Shown here in pieces: positions 20,313 through 29,720 of a stretch of 40,060 nucleotides of DNA. Origin of the DNA: Salisapilia sapeloensis CBS 127946 (lineage: Eukaryota > Protista > Oomycota). The DNA lies in contig JAADVB010000175.1 in assembly GCA_023334545.1 (NCBI GenBank), forward strand, positions 1-40,060, in the 5' to 3' direction. The notes under the pieces are model-generated. The model did no database searches and was not told where the DNA came from. It saw only the letters and a program-made list of their open reading frames with translations. How positions within the stretch are numbered: position 1 is the stretch's first letter; each line of letters begins with the position of its first letter. Both the position numbers and the translations under genes were made by a program.

Positions 20313-21665
20313 TCAGATCTGAGTATCCACTTCCTCCGGCGTCCCTCGGTGCCACGGCGGCGGCGCGTCCGTGTCCTGGCTGCCCATGTCCTGCACCTCC
20401 TGTTGCTGCTGTTGCTCTTGTGCGTCGGACCTTCCGCCTTCCTCCCGTCGAGCACGCAGACGCATGATCCGCTGAGGTCGAGGCGCAAACTGGTGCTGCT
20501 CATCCTCCACGTCTTCCGTGTCGGACTTGCCTTCCACGTGCTCCATCTCGGCCTGCAGCACGCGTGTGCATATATATTCCGGGTCGGTTGCTACTATCGA
20601 CACCTCGCCATTCCCTCGCGTATTGCGTCGAAGAATACCTTCAGGACGACTCCTTGGTCGTGGCGGTGGAGGGATCGACAACTGCCGAATCGGCTGGTCA
20701 GGAGTCACCATCTCGTCCCTTTCGCCTACATAATCCGTTCCGTCGCTGCCGACACTGCTGCGACCACTGCTGATACTGCTTCTACCACTCATACGAGATA
20801 GAACCAAGTCTATTGACGGACCTACTGGCGTTGACGCTTCTGCCGATTCCTCTGCCACAGATGCTGGAGCTGCTTCTACAGTCGGAGTGCTAGGGTCTAC
20901 CGATGGACTAACAGAACTGGAAGCACTGCTCTGTGGTGTTTTACGTGCTAGAGATTGTGGCTGAGACTGGGACTGGGACTGACTGCTGGGTGGACTTCGG
21001 AGGAAGCTCTTAATGGGAGGGCTCGTCCGCGGTGGCGTCGGAGGCCTCGCCCTAGACGACCTCGTGACACTCATGTCGATCTTTAGATACATACCAGGCT
21101 TGGCTTTCCTCTTGCCTTTCGCTGTGGGTTTAGCACGTTTACTCTGTGTTGTAGATGGTTCGGATGCTCTTTTCCGCTTTTTGCTGCTAGCCGAGCCTTT
21201 AGCGTTAGAAGGTGGCGTGGGTGGCCTCGGGGACAAAGCTGCTCTTGTAGACCTCTTCTTACTTCTAGTGACGGAAGGGGAGGTTGTACCGGAAGAAGCT
21301 TTTGCTCTCTTCGGTCGATTATTCGTCGTGTTCGGCGACAGAGCGTCTCGAGGTCGTTTACGAGACGTCGGAGTGTCGACGTGGACGTCGCTTTCATTTG
21401 CAAAGGAAAGCCTGTTCTTGGTACTAACTACAGGCGTTGCAGTCTTCTCTTCTGCCAAGTCTGCGGACTGTTTCCGTTTACGCGATGGCGTGGTCTTGTG
21501 ATTCCCACGTTGAAGCACTTGCTCGGAAGGCACTTCGGCTGGCACCACAACATTCTCCTTGGTGGCTTCCATGTCTGCACGAGCGCCCAACCCCTGGGCA
21601 GAAGAGGAGGCAGACATAGGCTGGGCCTTTTGCCTCGCCTGCGCAGCCTCGGACCGCGCCGTCAT
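20313..21665 (-). CDS. Low-complexity S/P/T/R/K-rich, probably disordered nuclear protein (first ATG at 21665; frame open to 21746)
   Basis: Long open frame with several basic NLS-like clusters (SRKRK, KKRKR, KGKRKAK); no domain recognised. Confidence 0.65.
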   Translation of the reverse strand: MTARSEAAQARQKAQPMSASSSAQGLGARADMEATKENVVVPAEVPSEQVLQRGNHKTTPSRKRKQSADLAEEKTATPVVSTKNRLSFANESDVHVDTPTSRKRPRDALSPNTTNNRPKRAKASSGTTSPSVTRSKKRSTRAALSPRPPTPPSNAKGSASSKKRKRASEPSTTQSKRAKPTAKGKRKAKPGMYLKIDMSVTRSSRARPPTPPRTSPPIKSFLRSPPSSQSQSQSQPQSLARKTPQSSASSSVSPSVDPSTPTVEAAPASVAEESAEASTPVGPSIDLVLSRMSGRSSISSGRSSVGSDGTDYVGERDEMVTPDQPIRQLSIPPPPRPRSRPEGILRRNTRGNGEVSIVATDPEYICTRVLQAEMEHVEGKSDTEDVEDEQHQFAPRPQRIMRLRARREEGGRSDAQEQQQQQEVQDMGSQDTDAPPPWHRGTPEEVDTQI

Positions 21666-21943
21666 CAGCTCGAAAGCTTCTTCACGAAGCGTTTTTTGAA
21701 TTTTAGGAGGGAGATGATTTGAATCGGCTGATACGGTTCGTAACACTTTGTTGCAAACTGTTCACAACGGGAAGTGTGTGGAATGGTGCGTTTCTCTTAA
21801 CTGGTGTCCGGCCAGGTGGCGTCTAGTAACTTGTATGCTAGAAACTAACAGTTTGTTTCCGTTATGCAGGAGTTAACAGTTGGAAAAGCGGCTTGTGTGG
21901 CTCAAAACGGAGGAATCGCACCACCCGAACGCCAACTAGAATC

Positions 21944-22305
21944 ATGTTCTTCCGTGCTATGCGTCGGGCCGCGCCGCAGGGCGTGCGCAACATGTCCACG
22001 AAGAAGACGTCTGTGAACGGACCTGGCAACCTCGATGGTATCTACCGGACCTTGATGAAAAACAACATGACGTACGTGACGACCATCCTCGTCGCGGCCG
22101 TCGTCGCCGAGGGCGTCTACGGTGGAGTAACGGACTACGTGTGGGAGACCGCGAACCGTGGTGTACGTTTTCGATTGCTTTATCGGATGTGTAGGATGCC
22201 ATGAACTAATTGTGTCTGCTATAGCGTCTGTATCACCACATCGACTGGTCTCAGTTCAAGACAGAAGACGATGAGGACGAAGACGAAGACGAGGATGACG
22301 AATAA
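21944..22305 (+). CDS. QCR9: Cytochrome bc1 complex subunit 9, 2 exons (intron 22163-22224)
   Basis: IYRTLMKNNMTYVTTILVAAVVAEGVYGGVTDYVWETANRG|RLYHHIDW matches the UQCR10/QCR9 pattern. Confidence 0.88.
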
Positions 22306-22382
22306 ACTGTATCCGGAGGTTGCAGAGAAAGCAAATAGCTCAATGGATTCTCTGATCGTTCCAATCGACTCTATTCTTGTGT

Positions 22383-23760
22383 TCATTCCTTCTTCCCTAG
22401 GATGGCGTTGGCAGCATCGATGCGATACTGTTTCGAGTTCCCAGGTCGTCGCTTCACCTTCCTCGCACGCTCGTCCAACTTGCGCTACAACAACGCATAA
22501 GTGTCATATACGTAGAATAGAGTACAAATCCAATACCTCGACAGCGTGGATGTCGACGCCTGCAGCAATGCATCGGGCCATGGCAAAGTACATGACATCG
22601 GCGGCTTCTCCTGCCACATCTTCCTTCGTTTCCGCTTCTGCTAGTTCCTGCGCCTCCTCCACGAGCTTGGCACGCAAAAGATCCTTGTCATTGAACAGAC
22701 GCTTCGTGTAGGATCCTTCCGGAGCACTTCCCTTTCGTTGTTCCAGTGTCTCGTTGAGCGCTGAGAGGCCGGTGGACGGTCCCCAGCAAGTGGCTGTCTC
22801 CAAGTGGCAAAAGCCGGGGCCGGACTGAGCCACCATGAACCGGAGGGCATCACTGTCGCAGTCGACGGCGACCTGCAAAAGCTGCTGGACAGCGCCGCTG
22901 GTCTCTCCTTTCCTCCAAATCTGATTGCGGCTGCGAGAAAAGTAGACGCCTCGCTTCGATTGCAAGGCTTCCTTCACACTATCGCTGCTAGAGTAGACGA
23001 GACCAATGGCCACGCCTCTTGCGTCTGCAACGACAGTTGTAAAGAGGCCATCGTCTCGGTCGCTTCGGAGACAAGAGACGTAGCATTCGGCTGCGTTGAG
23101 CTCTTGCTCACTGGACGGTAGGAAGGCGGCTGCGGCCGATACGTGGATGGCTTTCGCGTGGAAGGTGCCAACTGCCTCAGGTTTCACGTTGCAGAATGGA
23201 CCTTCAATTATAAGTAGGCTAGGCTCCTTCACTATTTTACGAAGAGGTTGGATGGCCTCGAGAAGGACAGAAGAGTATTTGTCGAATGCGACGTCAGCAG
23301 CGTTGTCCATGACTAGAATAAGGTGGTGGAAGGCCGACTGCAGCTTTTGAGCAGCTTGCGCTAGATTTTCGATACCACTGCTATTGATCTGAGGGCCAGA
23401 CGTGCTTGATAGTATGTCAGACAGACTGATTTGAACCTTGGCAGCAAGACGATCGGCGGGGAGACTACTCCATTGGCCGATGATGTCATCTACTTCGGCC
23501 ACATTTACGTCGACAATCGCTTTTCCAACACCATTATTGAGCCACGTTGTCGCGGCATCAATCATGGAAGGTAGGAAAGGTCCTAGAATGACTCGTTCCT
23601 GTGTCAAAGTCTTGCCGTGGTCGCTGGTCGTTGCGTCTAATGTCTCGTTGGATGCCAACACTTGCACATCATTGGCGATGGAGAGATGAGCTACCTCTCC
23701 CAAGGCAGAAGAGGCATTTTCGTCCTGCAAAGGCGGTAGGTTGACAATAGGCACGAGCAT
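22383..23760 (-). CDS. Bifunctional phosphoribosyl-AMP cyclohydrolase / phosphoribosyl-ATP pyrophosphatase (HisI-HisE, fungal His4 N-terminal type), intron 22485-22536
   Basis: YFSRSRNQIWRKGETSG, DCDSDAL, GFCH, SYTKRLF, KLVEEAQEL, EAADVMYF; last exon RKLDERARKVKRRPGNSK..GKKE*. Confidence 0.92.
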
Positions 23761-24531
23761 GTTGGGCTGGAGTAGACTTGGGTGATCTGTTGTCTAATTC
23801 GTTGTCGGCTGATCAAGCGAAATGATGTGACCCACACCATTGAAAGTACTGTGAAGTGGTTTATTGTTACGTATCCGATCTTGAAGAGATGTGTAGGTCG
23901 GAATAGTTCTGTTCTCCTAGTCCTTCAGGTTGGAAATTTTTATGATGTGGAAGGCTGGGAATTAAAAATGAGATGGTAGCTGCTTGAGAAGTGGTAACAA
24001 TAGGTATATATGGCCCGACATGGACTCCTAATCAGGACGAGATCAACGAATGCTTAGGAAAAATGAGCATTGCTCGACTACCGGTATCTTTGCCAAATGC
24101 TCGGGCATTTAGTGCATAATTGTGAGTGCTGCAATGGGTCACTGGTAAAGTGACATCTTGGGAAACTCGACGGTAAATATATGCCAACTGCATTGATCGG
24201 TCGGCTGGATCGTGAGGCTGGTGCTTGAATCTATTTCCGTGGAAGTAGCTTTCGACCCGAAATGGCAAGCACAGAACTGTAAAATCGTTTGTTGTGATGT
24301 CCTGGGAGATTAAATAGCTCGAATGCTGCCGACACAGAAGATAAATCACTATAGTATAGAGCAAGCTTTAGGAACTCTGAAGGAACAACTAACTCAGTGT
24401 AGGTGATTGTCATGTATTTAGCACTGACTATGGAAAGGATCAATGTGATGCGGTGTTGCATCTACTTTTTCAGTCCTACAGTCGCATTTCGTGTCGTGGT
24501 GTCTCCTCCGGTGTGATATTCATGCAGGCAA

Positions 24532-25134
24532 CTACTGCTTGGACAGATACGCCGTAATGTTCGAGTGTTTTTTCACTCCTTCCACAATCGCCTCGATCTT
24601 TGGATACTCAGACAAGTCTGAAAAACCGTAGGTCGCTGCGAGGGAGTTGGTGACCGTGTCAAATATAGCAAGATCCGCCAGCGTCAACTTGTCCCCGAGG
24701 AGGAATTTACCCTCCACGAGTTTCTCAATACTCCGGAAGTACTTGGGAACCATGGACTTGGTCAGGTTCTCTATCTTTTCTGCCTTTTCCTTTTCGTCAA
24801 ACGTTCGGAATTGGATCACAATGTCATTGTTCAGGATTTCACCCATGGCGTCCACTACCATGTCCACTTTCAGCGCCTTCTCTGGATCTTCCGGATAGAT
24901 TCCGCTCAGTTTTGCAGCGTATCGAGCAATCGCAAGGCTTTGAGCGTACTTTGTGCCGTTCACTTCGAGCATCGGTGCTTGCAAGAATGGCATGCTGGCT
25001 TTGGCTTGGCCAAAGACAAAGTGCTCTACGGAAATGCGATTGTCGTCAAAAGGAACGTTTCCTGCATGAAAAGCTAGTCGTGTGAGCTCTGCGCGAGCAG
25101 GCAAGTCAAAGTACGTCAGCTTTGGCTCAGACAT
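24532..25134 (-). CDS. Glutathione S-transferase (sigma-like), copy 1
   Basis: PKLTYFDLPARAELTRLAF, MPFLQAPMLEV, AQSLAIARY, FLLGDKLTLADL. Confidence 0.94.
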   Translation of the reverse strand: MSEPKLTYFDLPARAELTRLAFHAGNVPFDDNRISVEHFVFGQAKASMPFLQAPMLEVNGTKYAQSLAIARYAAKLSGIYPEDPEKALKVDMVVDAMGEILNNDIVIQFRTFDEKEKAEKIENLTKSMVPKYFRSIEKLVEGKFLLGDKLTLADLAIFDTVTNSLAATYGFSDLSEYPKIEAIVEGVKKHSNITAYLSKQ

Positions 25135-25165
25135 CTTGGCGGTTGATCGTTTTTCAGCCGCTAGT

Positions 25166-25181
25166 AAATGCGGAAATGGCA
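25166..25181 (-). promoter_or_regulatory. Oomycete Inr/FPR-like core promoter element upstream of GST1
   Basis: Minus strand TGCCATTTCCGCATTT fits the recalled consensus CATTYBNNNWTTY, about 32 nt before the ATG. Confidence 0.55.
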
Positions 25182-25512
25182 ATTTCAATGTGGATCTAGC
25201 TGATGCCCTCGACTTCAAGCCGACAGGTGCATTCGACAGAATCTTTGATTCGCTGTGTGACGCAATGATTGCGTAGCAGTATTTGTGGTCGCTAGCTTGG
25301 TGTCAAGAGAAGTGACATGCGGTCACCTCGAAAAACTTCAAGTTACCAGTCAGGACGATACCTGTGTTCTACCGAGCAGCTTCCAGAGGTGTCATGAGTC
25401 TGTACTTTGGGAAATGTTAAGAATCAACAGTGAAGAGTGTTATGTGTTCCTTAAAAGGTTCAAAGACAATACTAAAGCGTTGTAGGCGGCAGATGTCATG
25501 TGGCACACCCAG

Positions 25513-25534
25513 GTCAGATCATATATGATCTGAC
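25513..25534. repeat. Perfect 22-bp palindrome GTCAGATCATATATGATCTGAC
   Basis: All 11 base pairs checked by hand; intergenic between the two GST genes. Confidence 0.9.
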
Positions 25535-25861
25535 TTCAACCTGAGGAGCAATCTTGTTAAAGTCGTCAGCCTGATCCGGGATGGAAGTGGTTATACTTGA
25601 TCACTGTATGCATATATGTGATGGGCGAGATATACTAGAGCAGGTGAACTAGCACCCATACACTTTAACTGCCAAATCTCACTTTTCATGTTGAAATTAA
25701 ACCCACAAGTGCGTCTGGACTACAAGCGTTTGAAATTTTTCTAGTTGCATGCTTTGATCACATCTTTCCATCTTAGATTCTTGATTTACTCTCTGGTCCT
25801 TTTATAACTAGCGCAAGGTGAATAAATGCAGAGTGGCTTATATATTAGATTTTCATTTGCG

Positions 25862-26452
25862 TTACTTGGAAAGATACGTCTTGATGCCCTCTTCGTGCTT
25901 TACTCTCTCCACGGCGGACATGATTTTTGGAAAATCAGGCAAATCTGCAACCTGGTACTTGGCTGCAAGGACGTTTGTCGTAAAATCGAATAGGGCCACA
26001 TCCGCCAGCGACAGTTTGTCACCCAAAAGATACTTGCCCTTGATCCTTTTTTCAATCGTACGGAATGTCATGGGCAGTGTTTCATGAAGGAGTCTCTCGG
26101 TCTTGGTATGCTTCTCCATCTTGTCTGTCACGGATTCAATGGCAGTGTCAGTGAGTGCGAGGTCCCGAATGGCATCGATTATCATGTCGACCTGAAGTGC
26201 TTGCTCTGGATCCTTCGGATAGATACCACTCAGTTTCCCACCGTAGCGAGCTAGTGCGGTACACTGAGCAAACACCATGCCGTTCAATTCAAGCGTCGGG
26301 ACTTTGCCAAAAGGTGCGTTTTCCTGGACTTTTTTGGTCTGGTCCGAGCAGATCGAATTGTCTTCGAGCGGGATATTGCCAGCGACAAACGCGAGGTGAA
26401 TGCTCGTTTCCATGTTTGCATTTTTGACGTACGTGAGCTTGGGTGCGGGCAT
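25862..26452 (-). CDS. Glutathione S-transferase, divergent tandem copy 2
   Basis: PKLTY..LAFVAGNIP, APFGKVPTLEL, AQCTALARYGGKLSGIYP, YLLGDKLSLADV; collinear with copy 1. Confidence 0.9.
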   Translation of the reverse strand: MPAPKLTYVKNANMETSIHLAFVAGNIPLEDNSICSDQTKKVQENAPFGKVPTLELNGMVFAQCTALARYGGKLSGIYPKDPEQALQVDMIIDAIRDLALTDTAIESVTDKMEKHTKTERLLHETLPMTFRTIEKRIKGKYLLGDKLSLADVALFDFTTNVLAAKYQVADLPDFPKIMSAVERVKHEEGIKTYLSK

Positions 26453-26479
26453 GGCGTTTCAAGTGCTTGGCTCGGAAGA

Positions 26480-26495
26480 AAATTTAAAAGTGAGG
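26480..26495 (-). promoter_or_regulatory. Oomycete Inr/FPR-like core promoter element upstream of GST2
   Basis: Minus strand CCTCACTTTTAAATTT fits TCAYTY..WTTY, about 28 nt before the ATG. Confidence 0.55.
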
Positions 26496-26799
26496 TGCCT
26501 GTGTGCGATGGGACTTCCCTTCAAGGTGGATATGCTTATGACGCAATCTTTTTTAGCACGACGGGTCGATGTGGATGAATGTGGTCTTTGATATTGTACA
26601 TGAACACTAACGTCGAGATGACGTGGAGGACGTGTCAAATATAGATCAAGTGTAGATTCTCACTTACCGCCTAGGACAAACGAATGTGATGTACTATGTC
26701 CTTCTAGCTAGAATTCGTTTTAAACAAAAGATATACTCGCATGGATAATTGAGTTCTGGAAGTTGTCGATATTCTTATCTTACGACTTTAGCATTAGAC

Positions 26800-27810
26800 T
26801 TACAGCACCATGGAGAATGCAATGGCGGCAAGTGCGACAGCACCGGAAAGAGCCATCGTGCTGGCACCACTGCCAGACCCGTCCTCGGTGGTTGCAGAAC
26901 CGCTTCCGCTTGTGCTATTCGAAGCACTTCCGCTTGTGCTGCTCGAGGCACTTCCGCTTGTGCTATTCGAAGCACTTCCGCTTTTACTGGTCGACGAAGA
27001 GGCAGCGCACTCGTATTTCGTAATTGTCCGAGCATTCAAGTCTTGAATCGGTCGGCTGTTATTCCCATTATCAGTATTCGTTAGTGTAGCCTGGAGATCC
27101 TTCACTTTCTTGGCGTTTGCATCACTGACCTTGACCATTTCACCCACCACCCACCAGTCTACAATTTCATCGCAATCGGGGGTTGTCAAACTTCCTTCAT
27201 AGTTATACAGGGCGCCTTCCTTGTAGGCTTTTCCGGCGACAGCGTACGCGTCAAATTCTGTAAGTTCGCCTTCAAGTTCGCCTTTGTAATTGTTAAGAAC
27301 GGCGTCAAGACCATAATCTGTACCGTCCGTGCTCAAGAGGATGCCAACAACCAAGTATTTCGTTTCTTCAACATTCTGGTGCACGAAGTGAACTGCACCA
27401 GCGGCAAATTTACCATCGATGGAGTGTTCGGATGGCATATGGACGTGGTACTGCAACAGTGTGTACTTTGTTTCACCGTGCGTGACCGCACACGTACTGT
27501 CACTGCTCACCGTCCAGGTGATTCCATGGTCCGACACAAGCGTATCGACGGTGGAGCACTCACCGGAGAATGTGAGTGGAACTTTGTCGCATGCTTCCGT
27601 CGTGATGGCGTCTCCGGGATTACTAGCCGGAATGTCGATCGGAGATTGCTTATCGCCGCCACAGTTTGGGTATTTAGATGCCCAATCTTTTGGCGCCAAG
27701 TCCCCGTCAGTCCCATCATTACTTGCATAACCCCACGGTTCTCCAGTGTTGGTAGCAGCTGAAGCAAAAGCGGCGAGCGCTGCAGTAGTGGCCAAGAAGT
27801 GTCGAAGCAT
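26800..27810 (-). CDS. Alpha carbonic anhydrase (CA2) with signal peptide, Ser/Thr-rich stalk and GPI-type hydrophobic tail
   Basis: MLRHFLATTAALAAFASAA signal; QSPID; QYHVHMPSEH; HFVH; YEGSLTTPDC; NSRPIQ; stalk then ALSGAVALAAIAFSMVL*. Confidence 0.93.
   Translation of the reverse strand: MLRHFLATTAALAAFASAATNTGEPWGYASNDGTDGDLAPKDWASKYPNCGGDKQSPIDIPASNPGDAITTEACDKVPLTFSGECSTVDTLVSDHGITWTVSSDSTCAVTHGETKYTLLQYHVHMPSEHSIDGKFAAGAVHFVHQNVEETKYLVVGILLSTDGTDYGLDAVLNNYKGELEGELTEFDAYAVAGKAYKEGALYNYEGSLTTPDCDEIVDWWVVGEMVKVSDANAKKVKDLQATLTNTDNGNNSRPIQDLNARTITKYECAASSSTSKSGSASNSTSGSASSSTSGSASNSTSGSGSATTEDGSGSGASTMALSGAVALAAIAFSMVL
26903..26983. repeat. About 3.4 tandem copies of a 24-bp unit encoding the SGSAS(N/S)ST stalk of CA2
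   Basis: Unit CTTCCGCTTGTGCTATTCGAAGCA repeated with minor substitutions. Confidence 0.9.
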
Positions 27811-28449
27811 GCCTTAGTCGATGGAAGCCTGGATGAGAGGGGTTGGAGTCGTATAGAAGAATGACAAGCAGCTTTGCATGCTCAGTGCAGCGAGGAGTTT
27901 CAAATTCAACCCACAGCAACTCAGGCGCGCATATTTTTAGGATCAGCTTTTCACTCTGCTCTTCCAGCGACGAAACGGACGAGGTCTCATCTTTAGTGTT
28001 AGTCCAAGAAATACACGTGCACGCAATGCCGCGAGCTCAAGAATCTTGTACTTGTATACAAGCAGCAGTTTCGAAACCTATTGAAGCTCTTTAGCCACAG
28101 GATTGATTTGGATGAACTAGATAAAATTAGATTCCTCCGCAAGAATTTTAACGGCTGCGATCGTGCATTGGTTTCGCTACCATCCTCATTTATGATGCAC
28201 ATTCCGTCCAAAGAAGGTATGTTCTACGTGTGCAAGTTCTCGCATCTATTGCTTTCTAATTTAATTGCTGCGGAGTCGTACGCAGATTCATTGACTGTCA
28301 AGCACGTGGAAACCCAGGCATCGTTTCAAGATTATTGGTGTTATCTTTCCCCTATATTCTTCATAAAATGCCCCGAAATTGTGTCTCGATCGGATAGATA
28401 GCGGCGCGGCGGAGACGAAGAGAAATCATAGAGGATCGGATTGCATACC

Positions 28450-29613
28450 ATGGGCTTTGTCGGGTGGCCACTTGGTCTCTTCTTGAGCGCTATCTCCAGC
28501 ATCTTTGGCATTTTGGGCAAACTGTTTCTAAAGCTCGCGCACAACCAGCGGGAGCGGCAGGACATGGGGATGGACACCTCGGAAGACGTGCACCTGGCCG
28601 TGGTCTACTTTTACGCTGGCCTTCTCAGCATGCTCGTACTCAATCCTGGTCTTGCAGCTCTGGCCTACTGCTTTGCATCCCAGTCGCTATTGGCGCCAAT
28701 GGCTGGACTGACGATCGGATGGAATACGCTCATGGCACCCTTGATCTTGTCGGAAGAACTGGCATCCCAAGCAGCGGTCGGCGCCATCCTGATCTTTACA
28801 GGATGCGTCCTCGTTGGCGTCTCTGGAACGCACACGGCGCCACCTCTTCCAGTCGAGACGCTTAGTCAACGCTTCTACTCGATTCCATTCATTGCCTACA
28901 CCGTGCTTCTTACAGCTCTTCTCGTGCTCCTGATCCACCATGCCAAGCCAGCTCTAAAGTTCGCCATGCAAAAGCGAGGCGACATCGATCGCATGGGCAA
29001 GTCTCCCAGTCGCAAGCGTGAGGAGCTCCCTGCGATCTCAAGAGCTTGTCTCAGTCTCTTTGCCGGCGTCATGAGCGGTCAGCTCTTCTTCATGTCCGTC
29101 ACGATGCGTCTCTTGCATGACGAGATGCGCTCGGGGATTTGGGCGTACCCGATCACATACATCTGCATATTTGGTGCCATCTCGACGGCGATTCTAGGAC
29201 TCATCCTGTTGAACGCCGCTCTTAAAGCCGAAGACGCAGTGGTGGTCATCTACCTGTACGAAGCTAGCTACATTATCGCAGGAGCTGTCTCTGGCCTGTG
29301 CTTCTTCCAGGACATGCGTGGTCTGGCAACTTGGCACTATGTTGTGTACTCTTGCAGTCTGGTTCTGATCCTAGGCGGAATCTTTCTCGTCTCCAAGCCA
29401 CTCGGGTCGACGGAACGACTGAGTCCGGAGGATAAAGAGAAACTAGTGCCATTGCTAGGAATTGACGAGCCAGAGGCACAAATGTTCTTCCGGAAGGACT
29501 CGTACTATTCTCTTCGACGCGCGTCCAACCCGTCGATGAACGACCATACAACGTGGGACGACAGCGACTACGAGATAGAAGGGAAAGAGAGAGCCAAGTC
29601 TATGCCAAAGTAG
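28450..29613 (+). CDS. NIPA/DUF803-like membrane transporter (putative Mg2+ transporter)
   Basis: GLFLSAISSIFGILGKLFLKLAH, AYCFASQSLLAPMAGLTIGWN, multiple TM segments, LNAALKAEDAVVVI. Confidence 0.88.
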   Translation: MGFVGWPLGLFLSAISSIFGILGKLFLKLAHNQRERQDMGMDTSEDVHLAVVYFYAGLLSMLVLNPGLAALAYCFASQSLLAPMAGLTIGWNTLMAPLILSEELASQAAVGAILIFTGCVLVGVSGTHTAPPLPVETLSQRFYSIPFIAYTVLLTALLVLLIHHAKPALKFAMQKRGDIDRMGKSPSRKREELPAISRACLSLFAGVMSGQLFFMSVTMRLLHDEMRSGIWAYPITYICIFGAISTAILGLILLNAALKAEDAVVVIYLYEASYIIAGAVSGLCFFQDMRGLATWHYVVYSCSLVLILGGIFLVSKPLGSTERLSPEDKEKLVPLLGIDEPEAQMFFRKDSYYSLRRASNPSMNDHTTWDDSDYEIEGKERAKSMPK

Positions 29614-29720
29614 ACGTCTTCCAGTGGTTTTTGCAACGCGAATCGGAATACAGAAGCAGAGTGTATTGGAGGTGAATTAAAAAGATAGATGAAGCTCTTT
29701 TCCATCCTTCAAGCTCTTGG

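Noticed and set aside
24032-24461. Two minus-strand ORFs downstream of GST1 considered as a third GST remnant
   Set aside because: No GST motifs visible in the translations.
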